DNA from: a virus
Virus record (IMG/VR): IMGVR_UViG_3300045988_040655
Location: 1 to 43,130 of that record
DNA: 43,130 nucleotides
Direction: 5' to 3' (one strand)
Part shown: one piece after another, positions 7,771 through 14,279 of the stretch
Layout: each line of letters opens with the position of its first letter
How positions within the stretch are numbered: the stretch's first letter is position 1
The notes under the pieces: model-generated
What the model saw: only the letters and a program-made list of their open reading frames with translations
Databases searched by the model: none
What the model was told of the DNA's origin: nothing
Program-made: the position numbers and the translations under genes

Positions 7771-8039
7771 GCTTTCACCTTCTTTTCAAATAGAGCCGTC
7801 AGGCTCTTATATGTGCAGTTCCCGCACAGACCGTCGGCGTTGATTTCGTTAGGTGCAAACCATCCGCTGCAATCCTCACACTGTTCCGCCTGTTCAAAGT
7901 CCGTGGACTCGCACCGGGGGCAGCAGCTCCACAGTTCGCAGTGTTCCCCAAACTCGTCAGCTACCCACTCACGGGTAAACCCCGGTTCATCAAACACGTC
8001 GAAGCAGTTCGGGCAATAATAATATTGTTCCACTTGCAT
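7764..8039 (-). CDS. Cys-rich zinc-ribbon protein (91 aa)
   Basis: Several Cys pairs: CPNC, CCPRC, CEDC, CGNC. SD AAGGAGAGAATG. Confidence 0.6.
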   Translation of the reverse strand: MQVEQYYYCPNCFDVFDEPGFTREWVADEFGEHCELWSCCPRCESTDFEQAEQCEDCSGWFAPNEINADGLCGNCTYKSLTALFEKKVKAC

Positions 8040-8127
8040 TCTCTCCTTGCTTGCGCTATACTAGAGGTATCCTGTATATACCTCTTGCCGCTCATGGTGT
8101 TCGCGCACTGTGGGCGGCACTTATTTT

Positions 8128-8328
8128 TTACAGCTGGGCCGTCTCCCGCATATTCCGCCAGAACAGCTGGTGACGGGCGATTTTCTCAGCCTCGGCACGT
8201 TTCCGTGCCTCCCGCGCAAGACGCGCTCTGCGCCGTCTGTACGCTCTCACCGCCATTGCGCCGACTACATCGACCAGTGCAAAGCCGGTCGCGCCCAGAG
8301 CCAGCAGATAGACCGTAGTGCTTGCCAT
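8128..8328 (-). CDS. Small membrane protein with Arg-rich tail (66 aa)
   Basis: TM helix TVYLLALGATGFALVDVVGAMAV followed by RAYRRRRARLAREARKRAE. SD GGGAGGAGGG. Confidence 0.5.
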   Translation of the reverse strand: MASTTVYLLALGATGFALVDVVGAMAVRAYRRRRARLAREARKRAEAEKIARHQLFWRNMRETAQL

Positions 8329-8329
8329 G

Positions 8330-8563
8330 TTATCCCTCCTCCCTGTCTAGATAGTAAGTTGCGTACCGGCACGGATGCCCGCTGCGGGTCTTGCCCTCAG
8401 TCATCTCCGTCAGGATGGTGTAGCCTTCCGTCCGGAGATCGTGGATGCGACCGCTCAACCGGGTACACCCGAAAAGCTCTATCGCTTCCATGCTGGTGAT
8501 TTTGCCGTTGCGCTTGAGATAGTCCAATACCTGCGCCCGCTGGGCGGTGGTGTTCTCAGTCAT
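8330..8563 (-). CDS. Winged-helix/HTH protein (HTH_39-like)
   Basis: 77 aa from the internal ATG, with GGAGG SD 6 nt upstream. RAQVLDYLKRNGKITSMEAIELFGCTRLSGRIHDLRTEGYTI. Confidence 0.65.
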   Translation of the reverse strand: MTENTTAQRAQVLDYLKRNGKITSMEAIELFGCTRLSGRIHDLRTEGYTILTEMTEGKTRSGHPCRYATYYLDREEG

Positions 8564-8573
8564 CTTGCACCTC

Positions 8574-8777
8574 CTATTCAGATCGTTCCTCAATCCACTC
8601 TTCCAACTGGCGGCTGAAAATCTGATACACGGTTCCGCCACGCGGGCCGGTGAAGCCGACGCCAAACGGATAAACACCGCTTTTCAGCCCTGCGCCAAGC
8701 GTCTCTTTGGAGGTTTTCAGCCCCGCCAACTGAAGCCTGTAAACCGCTTCTGCCAGCGTTAATGTTACGATTTTCAT
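8574..8777 (-). CDS. Excisionase-like (HTH_17-type) DNA-binding protein
   Basis: 67 aa. LTLAEAVYRL...GGTVYQIFSRQLEEWI resembles the MerR/Xis-type small HTH. Confidence 0.5.
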   Translation of the reverse strand: MKIVTLTLAEAVYRLQLAGLKTSKETLGAGLKSGVYPFGVGFTGPRGGTVYQIFSRQLEEWIEERSE

Positions 8778-8874
8778 TTCTGCTCCTCCTTGTCACGGCG
8801 CGTCCACGTTACCGAGTGGAAGCGTTTCCCTTTTCTCCAGAGATGGTGGAGATGTGGAGACCGTGACTTTTAGG

Positions 8875-8903
8875 TTGTCCCCAGATGCCGAATAGGGTAT
8901 AAT
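8875..8903 (+). promoter_or_regulatory. Sigma-A-type promoter for 8926-9354
   Basis: TTGTCC (8875-8880), 17 nt spacer, TATAAT (8898-8903). GGGGGT SD, then ATG at 8926. Confidence 0.55.
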
Positions 8904-8925
8904 CGAGCAAAGGGGGTGATTTCAT

Positions 8926-9354
8926 ATGAGTATTCTTCATGATCTGCTCACTTTAATACTTGGAATTATTGTCTTATCCTCTCCGCTCGTTACCATCTGG
9001 CTGAATAACCGTCACGCCGTCAGGATGAAAGAGCTGGAGCATCATCAGGACTTGTACAAAACCAAGTATCTGCATGAGCGCGAGATGATCGAGAGCTATC
9101 TGAACGCCGTTGCATCCCGCGTTGCTCATCCGTCTCAGGTGTCAAACGAGGAATACAACCGGGCATATCTCAGCATCCTGTTCTTGCTCCCGGATGACCT
9201 GCGCAGCTCCCTTGTTACGATAAACAAGGAGCTGGAGCAGAAGGAAACCGACGAAGCAAAAGCTCAGCTGGTCACTACAGCGGGTCAGCTCCGTGCTTAC
9301 CTGAACGCTCTGACGTTCACCGAACCAGCAGGTAAATCCCGTAAAACAGGATAA
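8926..9354 (+). CDS. N-terminally membrane-anchored helical protein, unknown function (moron; candidate exclusion factor)
   Basis: 142 aa. TM helix LLTLILGIIVLSSPLVTIWL followed by helical charged sequence. Has its own promoter and is antisense to the early operon. Confidence 0.6.
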   Translation: MSILHDLLTLILGIIVLSSPLVTIWLNNRHAVRMKELEHHQDLYKTKYLHEREMIESYLNAVASRVAHPSQVSNEEYNRAYLSILFLLPDDLRSSLVTINKELEQKETDEAKAQLVTTAGQLRAYLNALTFTEPAGKSRKTG

Positions 9355-9481
9355 CCGCCACATCCAATCCGGCGAAGATACGCCAGTATTTCGAGCACTG
9401 CGTATACGTCCAGAAGATGATTGCGAACTCTGCGAGTAAGCACATGAACGAATAAAGAGCCACCTTAACGATAATATTCAC
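9317..9481 (-). CDS. Small two-TM membrane protein (54 aa, GTG start)
   Basis: GTG at 9481 with SD GAGGAGGGG; lies just after the Cro-like stop. Hydrophobic sequence VALYSFMCLLAEFAIIFW...LDVAVILFYGIYLLV. Confidence 0.45.
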   Translation of the reverse strand: MNIIVKVALYSFMCLLAEFAIIFWTYTQCSKYWRIFAGLDVAVILFYGIYLLVR

Positions 9482-9482
9482 T

Positions 9483-9677
9483 TTACCCCTCCTCTCTGAA
9501 CAACGCTTCCACCGGTGTTCCAAGCGCCTTTGCGATGCGGATTGCTACGTCCACTCGCGGCTTTTTCTGGCCTTTCTCCCAGTACAGATATGCTCTGTCG
9601 GAGACGCCAACTTCACTTGCGACTTGTGCTTGTGTCTTGCCGGACTTCTCACGAGCCGCTTTCATTGCCACATTCAC
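9483..9677 (-). CDS. Cro/XRE-family HTH regulator (first gene of the leftward early operon)
   Basis: 64 aa. KTQAQVASEVGVSDRAYLYWEKGQKKPRVDVAIRIAKALG is a canonical XRE HTH. Confidence 0.85.
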   Translation of the reverse strand: MNVAMKAAREKSGKTQAQVASEVGVSDRAYLYWEKGQKKPRVDVAIRIAKALGTPVEALFREEG

Positions 9678-9700
9678 TTGCTCCTCTCCTTCTAGCCTAA

Positions 9701-9757
9701 CATGAACTTTAGTTCATGTCGTGCCATTATACTAGCACGCACTTTAGTTCATGTCAA
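9701..9757. promoter_or_regulatory. Switch 1: divergent overlapping promoters plus operator repeats
   Basis: 18-bp palindrome CATGAAC-TTTA-GTTCATG (9701-9718). 15-bp direct repeat ACTTTAGTTCATGTC at 9706-9720 and 9741-9755. Minus strand: TTGACA (9757-9752), 17 nt, TAGTAT (9734-9729), or 20 nt to TATAAT (9731-9726). Plus strand: TATACT (9728-9733). Confidence 0.6.
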
Positions 9758-9790
9758 GTGGCTTTCCAAATTTCCTTTGGAGGTTTCGCC

Positions 9791-10006
9791 ATGACATTCC
9801 CCGAACGCATTATTCAGCTGAAAACTGACCGTAATCTGCTTCAAAAGGACATTGCCGCCGCTATTGGTCTATCTCTCCGCGCCTATCAGTATTACGAGAA
9901 GGGGCAGAAAGAACCGACGCTTTCAGCTCTGGTTCGGCTGGCTGATTTTTTTGAGGTCAGCCTTGATTACCTCGTCGGTCGTTCAGACGACCCCCAGATG
10001 CGATAA
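9791..10006 (+). CDS. XRE-family HTH regulator (71 aa; candidate repressor of switch 1)
   Basis: Start MTFPERII... with GGAGG SD. LLQKDIAAAIGLSLRAYQYYEKGQKEPTLSALVRLADFFEVSLDYLVGRSD. No peptidase S24 domain. Confidence 0.85.
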   Translation: MTFPERIIQLKTDRNLLQKDIAAAIGLSLRAYQYYEKGQKEPTLSALVRLADFFEVSLDYLVGRSDDPQMR

Positions 10007-10010
10007 CGTA

Positions 10011-10232
10011 TCACACACAGCAAGGTCTCTGCGCGAACAGGGAACTGGTTTCCGGCTTGGGCGTCACCACAATATCGAACTTCATCGCATAGACGGTCGC
10101 GCCATCCATCGCGTAACCGCTCATAACCTTCTCCGCCACTTCGTGGAAGCTGTCGCCCTCCACCATGCCCTGTGTCACGCTCCGCAGGCCGGTGTGGTTG
10201 TCACAGTGGTCGATCGTTACCTGATACTTCAT
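10011..10232 (-). CDS. Hypothetical protein (73 aa)
   Basis: ORF downstream of, and co-oriented with, the HTH gene 10260-10481. No motif recognised. Confidence 0.5.
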   Translation of the reverse strand: MKYQVTIDHCDNHTGLRSVTQGMVEGDSFHEVAEKVMSGYAMDGATVYAMKFDIVVTPKPETSSLFAQRPCCV

Positions 10233-10259
10233 TTGTTTTTACCTCCTTCTGAGTCTGCG

Positions 10260-10481
10260 TCATTCATCGTCAGCGCCTTCATCCGGTAAATCCAGAATGT
10301 CTTTGATTGCGGACTTTACCCTTGCCGCAGGCCTTTGACCGTTCAGAATCTTCGCCATATAACTACTGTCCACGAAAAGCCCGGTGGTATTCTTCACTTC
10401 GGAACACAGCCACTCTTGCGTTCGTCCCATCGTCATCAGCTTAGTCTTTACGGCAATTCCAAAACTTGTGGGTTTTCGCAA
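10260..10481 (-). CDS. XRE-like HTH protein (73 aa, TTG start; Cro-like arm of switch 2)
   Basis: TTG at 10481 with SD GGAGGTG 6 nt upstream. KLMTMGRTQEWLCSEV...SSYMAKILNGQRP is HTH-like. The longer track ORF lacks an RBS. Confidence 0.55.
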   Translation of the reverse strand: MRKPTSFGIAVKTKLMTMGRTQEWLCSEVKNTTGLFVDSSYMAKILNGQRPAARVKSAIKDILDLPDEGADDE

Positions 10482-10500
10482 ATTTTCACCTCCGTTCAGA

Positions 10501-10529
10501 TTGACAGATACAGGATTATGTACTATTAT
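10501..10529 (+). promoter_or_regulatory. Sigma-A-type promoter (rightward, toward 10654)
   Basis: TTGACA (10501-10506), 17 nt, TATTAT (10524-10529). Confidence 0.6.
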
Positions 10530-10542
10530 GAATGTAAAAGCT

Positions 10543-10619
10543 ATACAGAATCCCGTTTGCAAGTATGATTATATACGGAATTCTGTATGTAGTCAATAAA
10601 AAAATACGGAACTCTGTAT
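10543..10619. promoter_or_regulatory. Three operator-like 16-bp near-palindromes (ATACGGAAyTCTGTAT family)
   Basis: 10543-10558 ATACAGAATCCCGTTT (inverted orientation); 10573-10588 ATACGGAATTCTGTAT; 10604-10619 ATACGGAACTCTGTAT. Start-to-start spacing is 30 and 31 bp. Confidence 0.6.
10568..10596 (-). promoter_or_regulatory. Sigma-A-type promoter (leftward, toward 10481)
   Basis: On the minus strand: TTGACT (10596-10591), 17 nt, TATAAT (10573-10568). The spacer coincides with the middle operator. Faces the rightward promoter at 10501-10529. Confidence 0.65.
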
Positions 10620-10653
10620 TTTCGGCAATATAGCTAAAAAGAGGTGTCCACAT

Positions 10654-10998
10654 ATGGGTAATATGTATGAGTCTATTGTCAGTCTTTGTGCGAAGAAGGG
10701 AATGTCAGTTTCCGATCTGTGCGCCGCCGCAGATATTAGACGTAGCACAATGACCGAACTGAAGATGGGCCGAACAAAGTCTCTGGGGGCCAAAAATCTC
10801 ACTAAGGTTGCGGACTGTTTGGGTGTTTCCATTGAGGAAATTCTAAGTGAAAAAGAAAAGACCACTGCCAAAACGGATAGCGGTCATAGCCCTATTTCAG
10901 AAAATATTGCAAGTTTTATTGATGCGCTCCCTGCCGACCAGCAGGAAATTGCATGGAATATGGTTAGCTCTGTCTTTGGAGAGAAAGCGGCTGATTGA
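10654..10998 (+). CDS. XRE-family HTH repressor-like protein (114 aa)
   Basis: GAGGTG SD. MSVSDLCAAADIRRSTMTELKMGRTKSLGAKNLTKVADCLGVSIEEIL. The C-terminal tail SGHSPISENIASFIDALPADQQE...GEKAAD is shared with the next gene. Confidence 0.8.
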   Translation: MGNMYESIVSLCAKKGMSVSDLCAAADIRRSTMTELKMGRTKSLGAKNLTKVADCLGVSIEEILSEKEKTTAKTDSGHSPISENIASFIDALPADQQEIAWNMVSSVFGEKAAD

Positions 10999-11007
10999 GG
11001 TTCCATT

Positions 11008-11598
11008 ATGAGCGAATCCTACAGTAACATTAAGCAACCATGCGCCTTGTATGGAACAATCCACGCTTTATGTGCGCAAAAGGGCATTGCCGATTCTCGG
11101 ATGTGCGCTGACATTGGAATAAGCCGCGGAATTATGAGCGATTTGAAAACAGGGCGAAAATCCGGTGTGAGTGCAAAGACACTCAATAAGATTGCAGGTT
11201 ATTTCGGCGTATCAATGAGCTATCTGTTAGGCACGGAAACGGCCTTTGCGTCTGATGGTAAATCTGCGGATTTGGTTGAAGGGATTCGGCATTTGTGCAA
11301 ACAGAACGGATTATCGCTGACCAAGTTAGAAGCAGTCCTCGGATTTGGGAACGGCACAATCGGGCGGTGGAAAACCGCTAGCCCAACCTACGACAAGCTC
11401 GCGGCTGTTGCGGATTATTTTGACGTTTCTGTCGAATATTTAACAGCGGGAAAAGAGAAAGCCGCCACCTCGGAAGGTAGCGGCCATAGCTCCATATCGG
11501 AAGAAATCGCAAATATTATAGACGCTCTCCCCGACAGCACTCAGGAACAGGCATTGCGCTTGATTCGTTACATCTACGGAGAGAAAGAAGCTGATTGA
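11008..11598 (+). CDS. Tandem-HTH XRE-family regulator (196 aa), paralog of 10654-10998
   Basis: Two XRE HTH units (residues ~15-75 and ~90-145). Same C-terminal tail: SGHSSISEEIANIIDALPDSTQE...GEKEAD. Confidence 0.85.
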   Translation: MSESYSNIKQPCALYGTIHALCAQKGIADSRMCADIGISRGIMSDLKTGRKSGVSAKTLNKIAGYFGVSMSYLLGTETAFASDGKSADLVEGIRHLCKQNGLSLTKLEAVLGFGNGTIGRWKTASPTYDKLAAVADYFDVSVEYLTAGKEKAATSEGSGHSSISEEIANIIDALPDSTQEQALRLIRYIYGEKEAD

Positions 11599-11677
11599 TA
11601 AGCGTCTCTCGTTTCTCATCATCTGCGCAGATTGCGTCCAGCATCGTGAGCATCTCTTCTCGGTCTCGTTCGTTCAT
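11516..11677 (-). CDS. Small protein (53 aa); candidate SOS-controlled factor
   Basis: ATG 11677 with SD GGAGGG 7 nt upstream and a near-consensus promoter 11713-11741 just upstream. The 3' 83 nt overlap the convergent gene 11008-11598. No homology recognised. Confidence 0.45.
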   Translation of the reverse strand: MNERDREEMLTMLDAICADDEKRETLINQLLSLRRCNESSAMPVPECCRGERL

Positions 11678-11712
11678 GTACTTTCCCTCCATATGTTTGA
11701 TTTGGTAATCCA

Positions 11713-11741
11713 ATAATAGAACGTTTGTTCTACATAGTCAA
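11713..11741 (-). promoter_or_regulatory. Sigma-A-type promoter (leftward) with a GAAC-N4-GTTC palindrome in its spacer
   Basis: On the minus strand: TTGACT (11741-11736), 17 nt, TATTAT (11718-11713). The spacer contains TAGAACAAACGTTCTA. Confidence 0.6.
11717..11732. promoter_or_regulatory. Perfect 16-bp palindrome TAGAAC-GTTT-GTTCTA (Cheo/LexA-box-like)
   Basis: Matches the Gram-positive SOS-box core GAAC-N4-GTTC. Sits between and inside two back-to-back promoters. Confidence 0.5.
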
Positions 11742-11750
11742 TGATAAAAT
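11742..11750 (+). promoter_or_regulatory. Extended -10 promoter element for the TM2 gene
   Basis: TGaTAAAAT (TG 11742-11743, TAAAAT 11745-11750). The -35 region would overlap the palindrome. GAGAGGA SD and GTG at 11781. Confidence 0.5.
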
Positions 11751-11780
11751 GTCATTTATTTCTCGAGAGGATGTGACGTT

Positions 11781-12080
11781 GTGGCTAATTACACTACATC
11801 AACAAGCGACAAATTGAAAAAGGCGGCGATTAAACGCCTTTTTATCGGCGGAATAGGTTTGCACCTGTTCTATGTAGGTAGAATCAAGCACGGCCTATAT
11901 CGCCTGATTGCGGGTCTTATTTGCTGGATTGCAATTATCGGCGGCATCGTTGACAGCGAAATGCGTTTGCCCGGCATCTTGGGTGGACTTTTCTTCCTCA
12001 TTCTTATCAATGTACCCGACTTTATCAAGCTGATTTTGGGTTCGTTCAGGGACAACGTTGGAAATCCGCTTCGAGATTAA
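11781..12080 (+). CDS. TM2 domain-containing membrane protein
   Basis: 99 aa, GTG start. FIGGIGLHLFYVGRIKHGLYRLIAGLICWIAIIGG matches the TM2 signature (GxxGxHxFYxG...G). Confidence 0.75.
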   Translation: MANYTTSTSDKLKKAAIKRLFIGGIGLHLFYVGRIKHGLYRLIAGLICWIAIIGGIVDSEMRLPGILGGLFFLILINVPDFIKLILGSFRDNVGNPLRD

Positions 12081-12256
12081 GTGACCCCTTCTCTATCGTC
12101 ACCGATAAAGTGACCATCTTTCAACTGCGGCACAACGTAGTGCCAGAACAGCCGAGCATCCTGCTCAGATATGCGACCTATATCGTCCGTTCCAAACATT
12201 GCGACAAGGGCGTCTGCATATTCGGGATGTTCGGCTATTTTTATCCTGTAATTCAT
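12077..12256 (-). CDS. Hypothetical protein (59 aa)
   Basis: ATG 12256 with SD AAGGAGG 8 nt upstream. Its stop overlaps the TM2 gene stop (TTAA). Confidence 0.5.
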   Translation of the reverse strand: MNYRIKIAEHPEYADALVAMFGTDDIGRISEQDARLFWHYVVPQLKDGHFIGDDREGVT

Positions 12257-12277
12257 CTCCTGCACCTCCTTTTCGGT

Positions 12278-12306
12278 ATCATACCCGAAACGACTTTTCC
12301 TTTTAA
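12278..12306 (-). promoter_or_regulatory. Possible promoter for 12077-12256
   Basis: On the minus strand: TTAAAA (12306-12301), 17 nt, TATGAT (12283-12278). The imperfect inverted repeat TTCGGTATCATACCCGAA overlaps the -10. Confidence 0.3.
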
Positions 12307-12359
12307 TGGATAACGTGCGGGAGATTAGGTTAATTTACACGCAGAAAAGGAGTGAAATT

Positions 12360-12962
12360 ATGAGAACAAGGGACGAATTGCGGGATGGCTGCGCAAATTT
12401 ATTGCGTAAATTGCGACTAGAGACAAGTTACAGTAAATCGAAAATGGCGGAGACCGTCGGAATTGACCTCCGCACATGGGAAAAGTATGAGAGCGGACAA
12501 GCGTCCCCGCGTGTAGATGAGTTTATCGCATGGTTCGACCTGTTCCACGCAGACGCGCTCCGCTATGTGTTGGATTACCTTTACCCGGACATTTACGACG
12601 GGCTAATAAATGACAGCCGGATGGGCGACCTGCGGAAAGCTGCAATGCACTACATATCTAATGTAGCATCTGACCATGCAATCAAGAAATTTGACTTTCT
12701 GGTATTCGGCGAACATGGATCAAACATCGAAGCCCAGACAGAGGAATTTACGATGCTCGACCACCTGCCACTCACGATGCGGCTTGCGGTTGCGTCCCTG
12801 ATTGACATCCTATACCAGACGGCGGAGGCAAACAACCTGCTGGTCTGCACCGACTGCGTTATGCCCATAGTTGATGTATTTCACGACGGCCTGAAAAAGG
12901 GACGTGAAGCCGTAATGGACGGGAAGCAAAGCTATACCACGTCCTCGGTGAGGAAAATATGA
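12360..12962 (+). CDS. HTH (XRE-like) regulator with ~130-aa C-terminal domain of unknown function
   Basis: 200 aa from ATG 12360 (SD AAAGGAG). MAETVGIDLRTWEKYESGQASP. ATGA coupling to the integrase. No S24 motif seen. Confidence 0.7.
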   Translation: MRTRDELRDGCANLLRKLRLETSYSKSKMAETVGIDLRTWEKYESGQASPRVDEFIAWFDLFHADALRYVLDYLYPDIYDGLINDSRMGDLRKAAMHYISNVASDHAIKKFDFLVFGEHGSNIEAQTEEFTMLDHLPLTMRLAVASLIDILYQTAEANNLLVCTDCVMPIVDVFHDGLKKGREAVMDGKQSYTTSSVRKI

Positions 12963-14077
12963 GCACCTGTATCAAATGCAAAGCCGCCTTGCCGGAATGG
13001 GCTGTTTACTGCCCTATGTGCGGCAAAAAGCAGGTGGCCGAAAAGCGTAAGACGCTCAAACGTGCAAACGGAACCGGCTCCGTCTACAAGCTCTCAGGGC
13101 GGCGCACAAGGCCGTGGGTGGCCGCAAAGGGCAAGGTCATCATCGGATACTATGAGCGCAAGACGGACGCTCTGGAAGCTCTGGATAAGCTGGCAGGGCA
13201 TACGGTGGCAGAACGGTACAATTTTACGTTCGCTCAGGTGTATGATGCTTGGAGCAAGGAGCATTTTCGCTCCGTGGGTGATGCGGCAAAAGTCAGCTAT
13301 GGCGCGGTCTATAAAAAGTTTGAGCCTTTGTATGACCGGAAGTTTCGGGATTTGCGTACTGCCGATTTTCAGGCAGTCATAGATGCGCATGCAAATCAAT
13401 CCGCCGCCACGCTCGGCAACTGCAAGTTGCTGGCATCTCAGATGAGCAAGTGGGCTATTCGTGAAGAGATCGCAACGACAAACTTTGCCGCATTTATCCG
13501 ATTGCCGAAAAAGGAAACAAAGGAAAAGGAAATATTTACGCCAGAGGACATAGCTGCCTTGACCGCCGATGACAGTGACACCGCACGGGTAATACTTATG
13601 CTGATCTATACCGGTATGCGCGTAGGCGAACTTTTCAAGTTGTCTGTCGAGGATTATCATGGTGCTTACGCTATCGGCGGTGAGAAAACAAAAGCGGGCA
13701 AAAACAGGGTTATCCCGATCCGCCCGGAAGGGCAACAGTATTTTGAGTATTTTGCAAGCATAGCAAATGGCGAAAGGCTCCTGTCTGGGTATGCGGCAAA
13801 AAATACGCAGCAGTTCCGCGTGGCGTATTTTTACCCGCTGTTGGACAAGCTAGGGATCAAGCGCAAGACCCCACATTCCACCCGGCACACATACGCCAGC
13901 TGGGCGCTGCAAAACGGTATCGCTCCCGAAAATTTGCAAAAAATCTTGGGGCATGCAAAGTTTGCCACGACAGCGGAAATTTACTATCACAGCGACGCTG
14001 ACACTCTTGTGTCAGCTGTGCTTAATGCTAGTAACCGTGTTAGTAACCTAAAACAGACAGACGCAGATGAAAACTGA
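12959..14077 (+). CDS. int: Tyrosine integrase with N-terminal zinc ribbon and AP2-like arm-binding domain
   Basis: 372 aa. CIKC...CPMCG; GSVYKL...RPWVA; catalytic residues in TGMRVGEL, HSTRHTYAS and LGHAKFATTAEIYYH (R...HxxR...H...Y). Confidence 0.95.
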   Translation: MSTCIKCKAALPEWAVYCPMCGKKQVAEKRKTLKRANGTGSVYKLSGRRTRPWVAAKGKVIIGYYERKTDALEALDKLAGHTVAERYNFTFAQVYDAWSKEHFRSVGDAAKVSYGAVYKKFEPLYDRKFRDLRTADFQAVIDAHANQSAATLGNCKLLASQMSKWAIREEIATTNFAAFIRLPKKETKEKEIFTPEDIAALTADDSDTARVILMLIYTGMRVGELFKLSVEDYHGAYAIGGEKTKAGKNRVIPIRPEGQQYFEYFASIANGERLLSGYAAKNTQQFRVAYFYPLLDKLGIKRKTPHSTRHTYASWALQNGIAPENLQKILGHAKFATTAEIYYHSDADTLVSAVLNASNRVSNLKQTDADEN

Positions 14078-14279
14078 TAACACCCGGATAATTGCTGATA
14101 AATCAGTGCTTATCCGGGTGCATCAGTTTTGAGCAAAAATGTTAATATTAAGATAGTTTTAATATGTTGCGGCGTCGCAAAAATTATGCAACTCAAAAAA
14201 TCTAGCATTTCCAGTGGTTTCATCGATCTCACTTGCGGCAATTTTGCGGATTTGTTAGTAACGCGCTAGCAACCGTGTT
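14027..14279. other. Candidate attP region
   Basis: Non-coding AT-rich stretch between int and the convergent cassette. G[CT]TAG[TC]AAC motifs at 14027-14035, 14039-14047, 14254-14262 and 14265-14273. The 15-mer GCTAGTAACCGTGTT (14027-14041) recurs 14/15 at 14265-14279. TTGCGG occurs three times. Confidence 0.45.
14081..14120. terminator. Bidirectional intrinsic terminator between int and the cassette
   Basis: Perfect 11-bp stem CACCCGGATAA/TTATCCGGGTG (14081-14091 / 14110-14120) with an inner CTGAT/ATCAG (5 bp) stem. CAGTTTT follows on both strands. Confidence 0.7.

Noticed and set aside
9704-9750. A firm claim that switch-1 operators are bound by host LexA
   Set aside because: The sites could equally be operators of the phage's own 71-aa or 64-aa HTH proteins that merely share the GAAC/GTTC half-sites. 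This is reported as a hypothesis only.
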